Assembly: GCA_035285125.1 (NCBI GenBank) | Contig: JAYKHR010000137.1 | Location: 1 to 40,792, forward strand | Length of the DNA: 40,792 bases | From: Candidatus Sericytochromatia bacterium | GTDB taxonomy: Bacteria > Cyanobacteriota > Sericytochromatia > S15B-MN24 > JAQBPE01 | Reading direction: 5' to 3' | Shown: positions 17,997 through 27,361 of the stretch, in pieces | Layout of the letters: every line of letters begins with the position of its first letter | How positions within the stretch are numbered: position 1 is the first letter of the stretch | Program-made: the position numbers and the translations under genes | Notes under the pieces: model-generated | The model's input: the letters and a program-made list of their open reading frames with translations, nothing else | Database searches by the model: none | What the model was told of the DNA's origin: nothing

Positions 17997-20843
17997 ATGC
18001 GCCACGCCCCCCTGGCCGTCCTCCTTGCCACCGCCCTGCTCGGGGCCGGGGCCTGTCAGGGCACGCCGGAGCCGACGCGGCCCACCGCCAGCCGCCCCAC
18101 GCGCAAGCCGCCCGCGATCGCGCCGGACCTGGCGACGCTGCAGCGGCCCTCGGCCGAGCCGGGGCCGGGCACCACCAGCCCGCCCGCAGCCAGCCCCGCC
18201 GCGCTGCGCGGCCGCGTCACCCTGCCGGCCCAGCTCATCAGCGACCACGGCTCGGGGCTGATCGGGAACCACAGCGGCGGGCTGATCGGCAACCACAGCG
18301 CGGGGCTGGTGACGAACAACGGCTCCACACTGCTCGGCACCCAGCGCTTCCAGCTCGCCCAGGGCCAGGCCGTCGCCCAGGCCCCCCTCGCCTCCTCGCC
18401 GATCGCCCTCGTCGGCGCCGACGGCGAGCCGCTGCGGGACGCCGCCGGCCGGCCATACCTCACCACCACCGACGCCGAGGGCCGCTACGCCTTCCCGGCC
18501 ATCCCCACCGACCGGGCCGTCGTCGTCGTGTGCCAGGCGGCCGGCAAGGCCACCCAGGCCGCCGCCCTCGTGCCCCGCACCGTCCAGACCGCGGACCTCG
18601 ACCTCGCCAGCACCGTCATGAGCGCCTACGTGCTGGAGCGCTTCGCCCGCACCCAGCCGGACCCCCAGGCCTCGCTGGAGCGGCTGCCCGCAGACCTCGA
18701 GGCCCGCGCCCGCGAGGCCACCCGGCAGGCCCTCACCGCGGCCCCCGAGCGCCTCGACGTGCCGACGGCGATCCGCGTCGTCGAGGAGCTCCGTGGCCGC
18801 GAGGCGGGCGTCAACACGCTCTACGAGGAGGTCCGCAAGGCGATGGTTGTCGCCGGCCAGTCCGACCTCGGCGCGGGCGAGCTCGCCACACAGGCCCGCT
18901 TCGCCAAGCTCGTGGGCGCGGCCCTCGCCCCCGACGGCACGCGCCACGTGATGGACGGCGGCGGTGGCCGGCTCTGGAAGCTCGTGAACGGCAAGCTCGT
19001 CGCCGTGGCGGGCCTCGGGGGCGGCACCGAGGAGATCCCCGATCCGCCGGACGGGGCCGTGGCCCTGGCCGCCAACCTCGGCGAGGTCGTGGCGCTGGCG
19101 ATCGACACCGAGGGCCGGCCGCTGCTGCTCACGCGCCACCGGCTGGACCGCGTCGAGGCCAACGGCACGCTGAAGCGCCTCTGGCAGGCGCCGGAGCCAG
19201 GCCCCGAGGGGGGGCGCCTGGAGGCCTTCGAGGTGCTGCCGATGCCTGCCGGCGGGGCCCTCGTCGTCACGGGCGAGGGCACCATCGGCGTGGCCGGCGC
19301 GCAGGCCGTGCCGTCGCCGCCCGGCGCCGGCCTCCGGGCGATGGCCCGCCGCCCCGACGGCACCACCTACTTCCTGACGGATCAGCCGAGCCCGGGCGGC
19401 GGCAACAAGAAGGGCTGGTGGCAGGGCTCCGACACGGCCACGCCGACGCCGCTGGCCGTGCCCGAGGGCCAGACGGAGATCCCCCTGGCCGACATGGCCG
19501 CCTCCAACCACCGGCGCTGGCTCGGGCTGTGCGCGGACGGGGCCCTCGCCGTGGCCGACGACGAGGGCGCGCTGGCCTTCGTCTCGCCCGGCACCCAGGC
19601 CGTGCAGGCGCTGAGCGCCGCAACCACGGCCCGCTGGCCCGAGATGCTCCGGCCGGCCCCCGTCAAGACGGACTTCGGCGGCGCGAAGATGGCCTCGTAC
19701 CCGTCGCTGGCGGTGGGCGGAGACGCTGCCACGGGCCGCTGGATCCAGGGCGCCGCCGGCGTGGGCCTGATCGGGGCGGACGGCGGCATCACCATGCTCG
19801 CGGGCGACGGCACGCTCAGCCCCTCAGGCTCCACCGTGTCGACCCCCACGGCCCTCGCGCGCCCCCTGGCCGCCCTGCTGGACGCCGAGGGCGCGCTGCT
19901 CGTGGTGGAGGAGAGCTCGCGGCAAGTGCTGCGGGTGGTCGACCGCGTGGCGACGCTGTTCGCCGGCGTGCCCTGGAACCAGGGCTATGCGATGGGCGGC
20001 GTGCCGGGGGAGCCCGACGAGCTCGGCTTCCAGCCCGGGGGCACCACGCAGAACCTGAAGTTCGGCCAGAGCTACGCCGGGCCGACGGCCGAGGCCTACC
20101 TCGTCACACCGCGCCGTCTGCGGCTCGCGCCCGATGGGGCCGTGTGGCTGCTGGACGGCACGCTGGCCGTCAGGCGCCTGCAGGGCGGCGCCCTGACCAC
20201 GCTCGCGATCCGCTCGAACCCGATCGACAAGGGCTGGATGGACGTGTGGCCCACCAGCGCCACGGCGGGCGTCGCGCTGGTGCGACGCGAGGACGGGATG
20301 CGCCTCGTCACCTGGCCGGAGGCAGCGGGCACCGCACCGCTCGCCACCTTCCCGGCGCCGCCCCTGCCCGACCCGGAGGACTGGGCGGACCTCGACTCGG
20401 ACGACGAGGCCGCGCAAGGCTGGCGCCCCAATGGCCACCCGGCGGACGGGCTGGCGCCGCTGCCGGGTGGCGGCTGGCTGGTGCGGGCCTACGGCGCGAC
20501 ATGGCGCTGGCGGCAGGGCAGCCCGCCCGTCGCGCTGCCCGCGGACGGCCTCACCATCCCCTGGCACCCCGAGGAGAGCCAGGGCGGGCGGCTCGCCGCG
20601 ACGGCCTCCGGCGTGGTGGCCTTCGCCGGCAAGCGCCACGTCTACCGGGTCGACCCCGAGACCGGCGCCTACACGCCCATCGCGGGCCGCGGCACGCCCA
20701 ACCTGGCGGGTGACATGCCAGACACGGGCCTGATCCACGTGAAGGGCATCGCGACGGCCCCCAACGGCGATCTGCTGATCGTGGACGTGGGGGCGCGGCA
20801 GGTGAAGCGCTTGCCTGCAGCGGCCTGGGCGGGGGGGCGCTGA
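17997..20843 (+). CDS. large lipoprotein with GLIGNHSG repeats and degenerate propeller repeats (paralog B2)
   Basis: Lipobox AGAC. Colinear with B1 (LERLPA, YEEVR.AMVVAGQS, HRRWLGL, GWLVRAYG.TWRW, GARQVKRLPAAAW). Repeats at 18231-18326. Confidence 0.8.
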   Translation: MRHAPLAVLLATALLGAGACQGTPEPTRPTASRPTRKPPAIAPDLATLQRPSAEPGPGTTSPPAASPAALRGRVTLPAQLISDHGSGLIGNHSGGLIGNHSAGLVTNNGSTLLGTQRFQLAQGQAVAQAPLASSPIALVGADGEPLRDAAGRPYLTTTDAEGRYAFPAIPTDRAVVVVCQAAGKATQAAALVPRTVQTADLDLASTVMSAYVLERFARTQPDPQASLERLPADLEARAREATRQALTAAPERLDVPTAIRVVEELRGREAGVNTLYEEVRKAMVVAGQSDLGAGELATQARFAKLVGAALAPDGTRHVMDGGGGRLWKLVNGKLVAVAGLGGGTEEIPDPPDGAVALAANLGEVVALAIDTEGRPLLLTRHRLDRVEANGTLKRLWQAPEPGPEGGRLEAFEVLPMPAGGALVVTGEGTIGVAGAQAVPSPPGAGLRAMARRPDGTTYFLTDQPSPGGGNKKGWWQGSDTATPTPLAVPEGQTEIPLADMAASNHRRWLGLCADGALAVADDEGALAFVSPGTQAVQALSAATTARWPEMLRPAPVKTDFGGAKMASYPSLAVGGDAATGRWIQGAAGVGLIGADGGITMLAGDGTLSPSGSTVSTPTALARPLAALLDAEGALLVVEESSRQVLRVVDRVATLFAGVPWNQGYAMGGVPGEPDELGFQPGGTTQNLKFGQSYAGPTAEAYLVTPRRLRLAPDGAVWLLDGTLAVRRLQGGALTTLAIRSNPIDKGWMDVWPTSATAGVALVRREDGMRLVTWPEAAGTAPLATFPAPPLPDPEDWADLDSDDEAAQGWRPNGHPADGLAPLPGGGWLVRAYGATWRWRQGSPPVALPADGLTIPWHPEESQGGRLAATASGVVAFAGKRHVYRVDPETGAYTPIAGRGTPNLAGDMPDTGLIHVKGIATAPNGDLLIVDVGARQVKRLPAAAWAGGR

Positions 20844-20959
20844 GAGGGCTGCGCCCGCTTCCCCAAGGTTTGGCCCTTTATTAACCAGCCCTTACTCCGA
20901 TTGGGGGCCTCGGGCTGCAAGGCACGGGGCCATGCTGGCGATGATAATCCCAGACAGGC

Positions 20960-21589
20960 ATGCGGCCCGTCGCCCGCCCGACCTCGGAGGACGCAGTGAT
21001 GACCCCGATGGCCCCGCTCCCGCCGGCGATGCCGGTGCTGCCGCCACCGCCGCCGCCCCCGGGCGTGGCGACCGCAGGCCCCGTGGCGGCCCCGATGGCC
21101 CAGGCTCCTGGCGCCTTCGCCCCCCCGCCACAGGGCGCCAGCCGCTCAAGCTCAGGCGGGTCCCTCACCGTCGACTTCCGCGGTCTGGCAAGCCTCTACA
21201 ACGCGATCTACACGGGCCTCAAGGCCCCCGCGCTCAAGGGCCTCTCGGGCAGCCTGGAGCGGGCCATGCCGCTGATGAAGCGGGCGGCCGCCGTCCAGGC
21301 GATCGCCTCCGGCATCAGCAACGGGCTCGACCTCCTGCAGGGCCGCGTGGGGCCCGGCACGGCCGTCTCACGCTTCGCCAACGACACCCTCGGGGCCTTC
21401 GTGGGCGGGGCAGGCGCGGCGGTCCTCGCCGGCGTGCTGATGGGGGCCTTCGGCGCCAGCGGCCTGATGGCCTCCGTGCTCGGGGTGGTCGGCGGCCTGG
21501 TGGGCTACGGCCTCGGCCAGTCGCTGCTGCAAGCGACGGGCATCCCAGGCCTGCTCAGCCGGGCCATCCACGGCGTGCTGGGGTCCTGA
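20960..21589 (+). CDS. glycine-zipper membrane protein with Pro-rich N-terminus
   Basis: C-terminal GAFVGGAGAAVLAGVLMGAFGASGLMASVLGVVGGLVGYGLG (GxxxG zipper); GATAAT -10-like hexamer upstream; start codon uncertain. Confidence 0.7.
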   Translation: MRPVARPTSEDAVMTPMAPLPPAMPVLPPPPPPPGVATAGPVAAPMAQAPGAFAPPPQGASRSSSGGSLTVDFRGLASLYNAIYTGLKAPALKGLSGSLERAMPLMKRAAAVQAIASGISNGLDLLQGRVGPGTAVSRFANDTLGAFVGGAGAAVLAGVLMGAFGASGLMASVLGVVGGLVGYGLGQSLLQATGIPGLLSRAIHGVLGS

Positions 21590-21685
21590 CGGGGCCTGGC
21601 GGCCGCCGCGCACAAAACCTTGCCAACTCGACAAATCCGGGTATACCCAACCTGGTGGCCGCAGCGAGGCCACCAGGAGGCCCCC

Positions 21686-21859
21686 ATGGCAGAACCCCCC
21701 ACTGACGAGGCACTCGCGCGCGCCGCCTGGGCGCACCGGGCGTTTGCCGCCACCCACCAGACGCCCCCCGAGGCCGGCTGGCACTGGCGAGAGGCCGCCC
21801 GCGCGGACGAGGAGCTGCAGCGCCGCCGCGAGACGCGGGACCAGGGCCGCCGCCCGTGA
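21686..21859 (+). CDS. small hypothetical protein (57 aa)
   Basis: AGGAGG RBS, ATG 21686, GTGA overlap with the next gene, GGGTAT upstream. Confidence 0.55.
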   Translation: MAEPPTDEALARAAWAHRAFAATHQTPPEAGWHWREAARADEELQRRRETRDQGRRP

Positions 21860-22332
21860 GGCGCGTGCTTGCGGCCCTGCTGGTCGCCGTGCTGGCCTGG
21901 CCCACGCTCGAGGACCCGGCCGAGGCGCGCGGCCGCCGGGGCGGTGGCTACCACCGCAGCAGCAGCCACGCCTGGAGCCACCACCGCGTGAAGAAGCCCC
22001 GTCGCAAGCGCGGCTGGCGCCGGGCCGCCCGCTGGGCGGCCGTGGGCGCCGGTGCGGCGGGCCTCGTCGCGATCGGCGCCGCGGGCGCGGCCGCGCTGGC
22101 CAGCGGCACGACGGTGCTGGCGCTGGGCGACCACGTCAACGTGCGGGCCCGGCCCGGCCGCCAGGCCCCCGTGGTGGACTCCCTGGACCGCGGCGAGGCC
22201 ATCACCGTGCAGGACACGGAGGGGGGGTGGGTCCAGGTGCGCCTGGCGAATGGCCGGACGGGCTGGGTCCTGGCGGACTACCTCTCGCCCACGGGCGGCG
22301 AGGCGGAGGCTGAGCCCGAGACGGACGAGTGA
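21856..22332 (+). CDS. exported protein with bacterial SH3 (SH3_3/SH3b) domain
   Basis: Signal peptide ending AEA; VNVRARPG...LDRGEAITVQDTEGGWVQVRLANGRTGWVLADYL. Confidence 0.85.
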   Translation: MRRVLAALLVAVLAWPTLEDPAEARGRRGGGYHRSSSHAWSHHRVKKPRRKRGWRRAARWAAVGAGAAGLVAIGAAGAAALASGTTVLALGDHVNVRARPGRQAPVVDSLDRGEAITVQDTEGGWVQVRLANGRTGWVLADYLSPTGGEAEAEPETDE

Positions 22333-22394
22333 CCTCGGCCCCCGGACGGGGTACGGTCCCTGGGTGGAAGCACGCCCCCGGAGGCCTTCAGCAG

Positions 22395-23981
22395 ATGTCC
22401 CGTCGCGCCAAGCTCGCCTTGCTCCTCGCCGCAGCCACGCTCACCGCCTGCGGCCCGTTGCCCGCGGTGGCCCCGGAGGCGTCCGGCCCCAGCACCCGTC
22501 CGGCGGCCGCGAGGAGCGCCCGCGTCACGCTGGCGGGGCAGCTGCGCATCCCGGCCAGCCTCGCCCTCGGGCCCGGCGTCAGGCTTGTGAGCGACCGGGG
22601 CGCTGGCGTCGTGGCGGCGGGCAGCAACATCATCGGCATCGATGGCGGGACCTTGGTCTCGGACCGGGGGGCCGGCCTTGGGAGCGGCTACGCGCTGAGC
22701 GCGATCCCGGCCGCCGGGGTGGAGGGTGCGCGGGTCTTCCTGGCGGACGTGGCCGGCCAGCCGCTGCCCGACCTCCCCGAGGTCAAGACCGACGGGCAGG
22801 CTCGCTTCCACCTGCCGCGCGTGCCCGCCGAGGCGACCTTCGTGGTGATCGCGGAGGTGCCCACCGGCACGGGGGCGATCGCCCGCTTCCGCACCGTCGT
22901 GAGGGTCGGGCGCTTCGGGGCGACCACCGTGATCGACCCGGCCAGCACCCTCGTCACGGCCAGCGTGCTCGAGGGGCTGCCGCGCGGGGAGCTCGGCGAG
23001 CTCAACCCGGCCAAGTTCCAGAGCGCCACGGAGGCCACGGCGCGCAACATGACGGCCCAGAACCTCCCCGACTTCACGGACAGCGCCTCCGTCAAGGCCA
23101 GCATGGACGTGCTCGTCTCCCAGGTGCGCGAGCTGCGGGACGTGGTGGGCGAGCTGCGCACCGAGCTGGCCGCCCTGCGCAGCTCGCTCGAGACCTTGCG
23201 CGCCGGCGCCCCCCAGGCCCCCTCGGTGGCGCCCGAGGCCCCAGCTGCGCCCGGCAGCCCGACCCCGCGGCCGCCCGCCGAGGCTCGGTGTGATGAGCCC
23301 ACGAGCTACATGGCCCGCATCGCGGACCCACGGGTGTGGGCCCTCGAGGTGCGAGAGCGCAGGCCTGGCGGCGAACCGGGCCAGGGCGAGCTGCTGCACC
23401 GCGGCGTGCGTGACGGCGAGCTGCTCTACCTGCACGCGCCCGTCGGCTGCGCGGTGGAGCTGGTGTACCAGGACGAGGCGGGCAACCGGCTCGGGCTGGT
23501 GTCCTACACGTTCCCGGCCCAGGCCGAGGGCGCCGGGCCGCTCGCGCTCCCGGAGCCTCCGCTCCCGAGCCAGGTCCCCACACCAACGCCCAGCCAGAGC
23601 CCAGGCCTGTCGCCAACGCCCACCCCCAGCCAAAGTCCGACCACGTCGCCGCAGCCCACGCCCAGCCAGAGCCCGACCACGTCACCCTCGCCCAACGCCA
23701 AGCCGTGTAGCGCGACCTCCCAGCACCAGTTCCGGGTGGTGAACGCCACCGCCAACGGGCGGGCCGCCGAGGCCCGGATCGTGATCGCGTCGGTGGCGTC
23801 GTGGGGCTTCACCGCCTCCGTCTCCAGCACGACCATGGCGACGGACGGCTTCACCATGGTCGTGCCCGAGGGCTGCCCCCTGACGATCCGGGTCCTGAAC
23901 GCCTCCGAGCAGCTGCTCAAGGAGCTGGTGTTCTCGGTGCCCGTTGGCAGCAAGGGCCGGGTGCATCAGCTCGCGATCTGA
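22395..23981 (+). CDS. modular lipoprotein: degenerate octapeptide repeats, beta-sandwich N-domain, coiled coil, two Cys-containing repeat domains
   Basis: GGAGG RBS; lipobox LTAC; LAGQLRIP, LVSDRGAG x2, GYALSA, VKTDGQARFHL; heptads VRELRDVVGELRTELAALRSSLETL; two C...PxGC modules. Confidence 0.8.
   Translation: MSRRAKLALLLAAATLTACGPLPAVAPEASGPSTRPAAARSARVTLAGQLRIPASLALGPGVRLVSDRGAGVVAAGSNIIGIDGGTLVSDRGAGLGSGYALSAIPAAGVEGARVFLADVAGQPLPDLPEVKTDGQARFHLPRVPAEATFVVIAEVPTGTGAIARFRTVVRVGRFGATTVIDPASTLVTASVLEGLPRGELGELNPAKFQSATEATARNMTAQNLPDFTDSASVKASMDVLVSQVRELRDVVGELRTELAALRSSLETLRAGAPQAPSVAPEAPAAPGSPTPRPPAEARCDEPTSYMARIADPRVWALEVRERRPGGEPGQGELLHRGVRDGELLYLHAPVGCAVELVYQDEAGNRLGLVSYTFPAQAEGAGPLALPEPPLPSQVPTPTPSQSPGLSPTPTPSQSPTTSPQPTPSQSPTTSPSPNAKPCSATSQHQFRVVNATANGRAAEARIVIASVASWGFTASVSSTTMATDGFTMVVPEGCPLTIRVLNASEQLLKELVFSVPVGSKGRVHQLAI
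23577..23684 (+). repeat. 36-bp coding tandem repeat x3 (Pro/Thr/Ser linker)
   Basis: PTPTPSQSPGLS PTPTPSQSPTTS PQPTPSQSPTTS. Confidence 0.85.
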
Positions 23982-24028
23982 GCGGCGAACCGCATGCGTC
24001 TCGCTGCCCGTCGGAGGCCGCCCCCCGG

Positions 24029-25663
24029 ATGACGGCCCCCCCCACCACCACCCAACACGTCATCCTGTGCGGCCTCGGCGAGCTGGGCTTCCGCACGCTG
24101 GAGCGCCTGCGCGCGATCGGGGAGGCCGTGTGCGTGGTGGACCCCGACCCACCGCCGGCCTTCGCGGCCCGCTGCGAGGCCTGGGGTGTCCCCTTGATCA
24201 GGGGCTCCGCCCGCGAGGCGGCCACGCTCCACGAAGCCAGGCTGACCGAGGCGCAGGCGCTCGTGGCGGTGGCGGGCGACGACCTCACGAACCTGGCCGT
24301 CGCGCTGGTCGCACGCGCCGAGGCGCCGGAGGTGCGCCTCGTGCTGCGGCTCTTCAACGAGCGGCTGGCGCAGCGCGTGACGCGGGACCTGCCCCGCTGC
24401 CAGGTGCTGGACGTCTCGGCCGTCAGCGCGCCGATCTTCGCCTATGGCAGCCTGCATGCCGACATCCTGCACTGCCTCGACGTGCCCGGGGGGCGCTTCG
24501 TGCTGCGGCGCTGGCCGGCGGCCCGGGTGCCGGCCCGGGCCCTGCCGCTGGCCGAAGGCACGACGGCCGACGGCGCTCAGGTCGTCGCCACCCTTGCGGG
24601 CGAGGCGGACCTCGGCGACGCCGACCTGCCGCTGCGGCCGGCGGGCGGCCCGCGCTGGCACCGGTGGCTCAGGCGCGGCCTGCACGGGCTCAGGGGGCTG
24701 CAGCAGCACGGCGCGCTGTGGGTCGTGCTGGCCTCCATCGGGGCCATGCTCGTGGGCAGCCTGCTGCTGTTCCCGGGCCTGATGGGCCTGAGCTGGCAGC
24801 AAGCCGTGTACCTCTGCGTTCAGATCATCACCACCGTGGGCTTCGGCGACATCCCCCTGAAGGATGCCCCGCCGGTGGCCCTGTGGTTCGTCACCGCCCT
24901 CATGTTGCTCGGCTCGCTCACGATGGCCGTGCTGGGGGCTTACGTCACGGAGAAGCTGCTGAGCCTGCGGCTCGGGGCGCTGCTGGCGCGCACGCCCGTC
25001 CCGGCCCAGGACCACTTCGTGATCGTCGGGCTCGGCACGGTGGGGTTCCGCATCGCGGCGGAGCTGGTCCGGGGCGGCCACCGCTGCGTTGCGATCGAGC
25101 GCAACGCCCAGAGCCGCTACCTCGAGCGCGCCCGCCGGGCGGGGGTGCCGGTGCTCGTGCGTTCCGACGTCTTTGCGGCGCTGGGCGACGTCCACCTCGA
25201 GGACGCCCGCGGCCTGATCGCCGTGACCAACGACGACGACACCAACCTGGAGCTCGCCCTCGTGACGCAGGAGCTCAACCCCTGGGCCACCTGCGCCGTG
25301 CGGCTTTTCGAGCCCGAGCTGGCCACACACCTGGAGCGCTCGTTCGGCATCTACCTGGCCCGCAGCCCCTCCGCGATCGCCGCCCCGGCCTTCGCGACGG
25401 CAGCCGCCGAGGAGGACCTGCTCGACGCCTTCGACCTCGGCGAGCGGCTGTTCGTGGCGGGGCGCCTGCGGCTGGCGGCCGACCACCCGCTGGTCGGGGC
25501 CAGCCACGCGACCTGGGCGGCCGAAGGGCTCACGCCACTCTCGCGCCGCAGCCCCGGCGGGGCCTGGCAGCCGCTGCCGGGGCCTGAGGCCTGGCTCCCC
25601 GCCGGCCCGGACGACGAGGTGATCGTGGTGGCCCCCCGGGAGCGCTGGCCAGGGCCCGGCTGA
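24029..25663 (+). CDS. potassium channel family protein: RCK/TrkA-N, 2TM pore, second RCK/TrkA-N
   Basis: HVILCGLGELG Rossmann motif, selectivity filter TTVGFGD between two TM helices, second HFVIVGLGTVG motif. Confidence 0.88.
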   Translation: MTAPPTTTQHVILCGLGELGFRTLERLRAIGEAVCVVDPDPPPAFAARCEAWGVPLIRGSAREAATLHEARLTEAQALVAVAGDDLTNLAVALVARAEAPEVRLVLRLFNERLAQRVTRDLPRCQVLDVSAVSAPIFAYGSLHADILHCLDVPGGRFVLRRWPAARVPARALPLAEGTTADGAQVVATLAGEADLGDADLPLRPAGGPRWHRWLRRGLHGLRGLQQHGALWVVLASIGAMLVGSLLLFPGLMGLSWQQAVYLCVQIITTVGFGDIPLKDAPPVALWFVTALMLLGSLTMAVLGAYVTEKLLSLRLGALLARTPVPAQDHFVIVGLGTVGFRIAAELVRGGHRCVAIERNAQSRYLERARRAGVPVLVRSDVFAALGDVHLEDARGLIAVTNDDDTNLELALVTQELNPWATCAVRLFEPELATHLERSFGIYLARSPSAIAAPAFATAAAEEDLLDAFDLGERLFVAGRLRLAADHPLVGASHATWAAEGLTPLSRRSPGGAWQPLPGPEAWLPAGPDDEVIVVAPRERWPGPG

Positions 25664-25729
25664 CGCCGCGCACAGACGCCGGGCAGCGCGTCCGGCACGC
25701 TGGTGGGGCCACCGGAGCCCGACCACGCC

Positions 25730-26299
25730 ATGCCCTGCCGCCTGCCAGCCCTCGCCGCCCTCCTGACGATCGCCCTCGCCACCACCGGCTGCGCACAGCC
25801 TCGACCGGCCACCGCGCGCGGGATGGGCTGGCTGCGGCCCGAGGTCGAGGGCCTCGGGCGCGGCCGGCTCAGCCTGCGGGTCCAGCAGACCGTCCCCCCC
25901 CCGGCGCTGCGACTGCTGGACCTGCAGCAGCTCGACTGGGACACCGCCCGGGCCTGGCTCTCGAACGACCGGGCCGGCTTCGAGACGCGCCGCGCGCGCG
26001 CAACCGCCCTGGTGGATGCAACCACCAACGTGCGCAGCGCCGCGCTCGCCTTCGACGACCTCACGCCGAGCGAGGGCTACACGCTCGTGCTGCGCCTCTA
26101 CCGGGGGGGCGACGAAGCCGCCTTCGACACGGACACGGGCACGGACCCGGCCCACGAGGCGCCCGCCATGATCGCCTCAGGCACCCTGGCCGGCTTCCCC
26201 ATTCGGGCCGGGATGAACCAGGCGGCGCTGGCCCTGACGCTGGCCCAGGGCGGGGCCTTCTCCGTGGCCGTCGACGAGCCGGCGACGGTGGCGAACTGA
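25730..26299 (+). CDS. hypothetical lipoprotein
   Basis: Signal peptide ending ATTGC; beta-rich body (LAFDDLTPSEGYTLVLRLY); GGAG upstream. Confidence 0.65.
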   Translation: MPCRLPALAALLTIALATTGCAQPRPATARGMGWLRPEVEGLGRGRLSLRVQQTVPPPALRLLDLQQLDWDTARAWLSNDRAGFETRRARATALVDATTNVRSAALAFDDLTPSEGYTLVLRLYRGGDEAAFDTDTGTDPAHEAPAMIASGTLAGFPIRAGMNQAALALTLAQGGAFSVAVDEPATVAN

Positions 26300-26313
26300 G
26301 CCCCCCGCCGCGC

Positions 26314-27225
26314 TCAGCGCCGTGGGCTGAAGGGCACGAGGCGGGCAAGGGCGGCCCGGGCGAGGGCCGCGTAGCGCGGATCGCCCTGCAGCTCCCGGAA
26401 ACGCCGCACGGCCTCCGCCAGGCGCCCGACGCGGGCCTCGGCCTCGGCCCACAAGGCCGCGATGCGCGGGTCGCCAGGGGCCAGCTCCGCGGCGAAGGCG
26501 AGGGCGCTGCGGGCGTCCTCCGGCTCATCGAGCGCCATCAGCGCCCGGGCGAGCTCGTACAGGGCGTCGGCGTCCTCGCCGCCGTGCTCCAGCACGTCGC
26601 CCCAGGCCTGCGCCACCAGCCGCCAGTCGCCGATCGCCTCCGCCACCCCCGCCCTCAGCCGGTGGCCGGCCACGCACCCCGGCTCGAGGCGCAGGGCCAC
26701 CGAGAGCAGGCCGAGGGCCCGGGCGTGGTCTCCGCGCCGGTGGCACAGCGCCGCGAGGTGCAGGCGCGGCTGGATGGCCTCCGGGGCGACCTCGAGGGCC
26801 TGCTCCAGCCGGGCGAGCGCCTGCGCGTCCTCGCCGGCGTCGAGGTGGAGCGCCCCGAGCCAGAGCAGGGCGTCAAGGTGGCGCGGCCGGAGCTCGACCA
26901 CCCGCTCGAAGGCAGCCACCGCGTCGGCCCAGCGCCCGGCAGCGAGCAGGGCCTCGCCGGCCGCGAAGTGGATGGCGGAGCGGTCGCCGCCCCCGAGGAG
27001 GACCCGGAGGGCCTCCTCGTGCTCGCCGAGGGCCTGGTGGGAGCGGGCCAGCGCCAGCACCACCTCCACGTCGGCCCGGTCGGCCCGATAAGCCTCTCGC
27101 AGCGGCGCCAGCGCCTCCTGCCAGCGCCCCGCGGCACAGGCCAGCAGCCCCCGCACCCGCGCGGGCCCCGGGGGAGCCTGCCCGGCCGCGCGCCGCAACC
27201 AGCCTTCGAGGTCGTGTTCAGCCAT
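26314..27225 (-). CDS. tetratricopeptide repeat protein
   Basis: Repeated TPR patterns, e.g. AGEALLAAGRWADAVAAFERVVELRPRHLDALLWLGALHL. Confidence 0.85.
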   Translation of the reverse strand: MAEHDLEGWLRRAAGQAPPGPARVRGLLACAAGRWQEALAPLREAYRADRADVEVVLALARSHQALGEHEEALRVLLGGGDRSAIHFAAGEALLAAGRWADAVAAFERVVELRPRHLDALLWLGALHLDAGEDAQALARLEQALEVAPEAIQPRLHLAALCHRRGDHARALGLLSVALRLEPGCVAGHRLRAGVAEAIGDWRLVAQAWGDVLEHGGEDADALYELARALMALDEPEDARSALAFAAELAPGDPRIAALWAEAEARVGRLAEAVRRFRELQGDPRYAALARAALARLVPFSPRR

Positions 27226-27349
27226 CGGGGTGGGTCCTTAACCCTCAAGGTTCCCCGCCGCGCGGGCCGGCACGCCGGGATTTCACAAAAGTCGAACGAG
27301 AAGCCAACACGATCCCAACACCCAGATCGCACCGGCGGCCCAGGCAGCT

Positions 27350-27355
27350 TATGAT
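27350..27355 (+). promoter_or_regulatory. sigma70-type -10 (TATGAT), probable leaderless ogt transcript
   Basis: TATGAT lies 6 nt before the GTG at 27362; no RBS. Confidence 0.5.
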
Positions 27356-27361
27356 CCTGGC

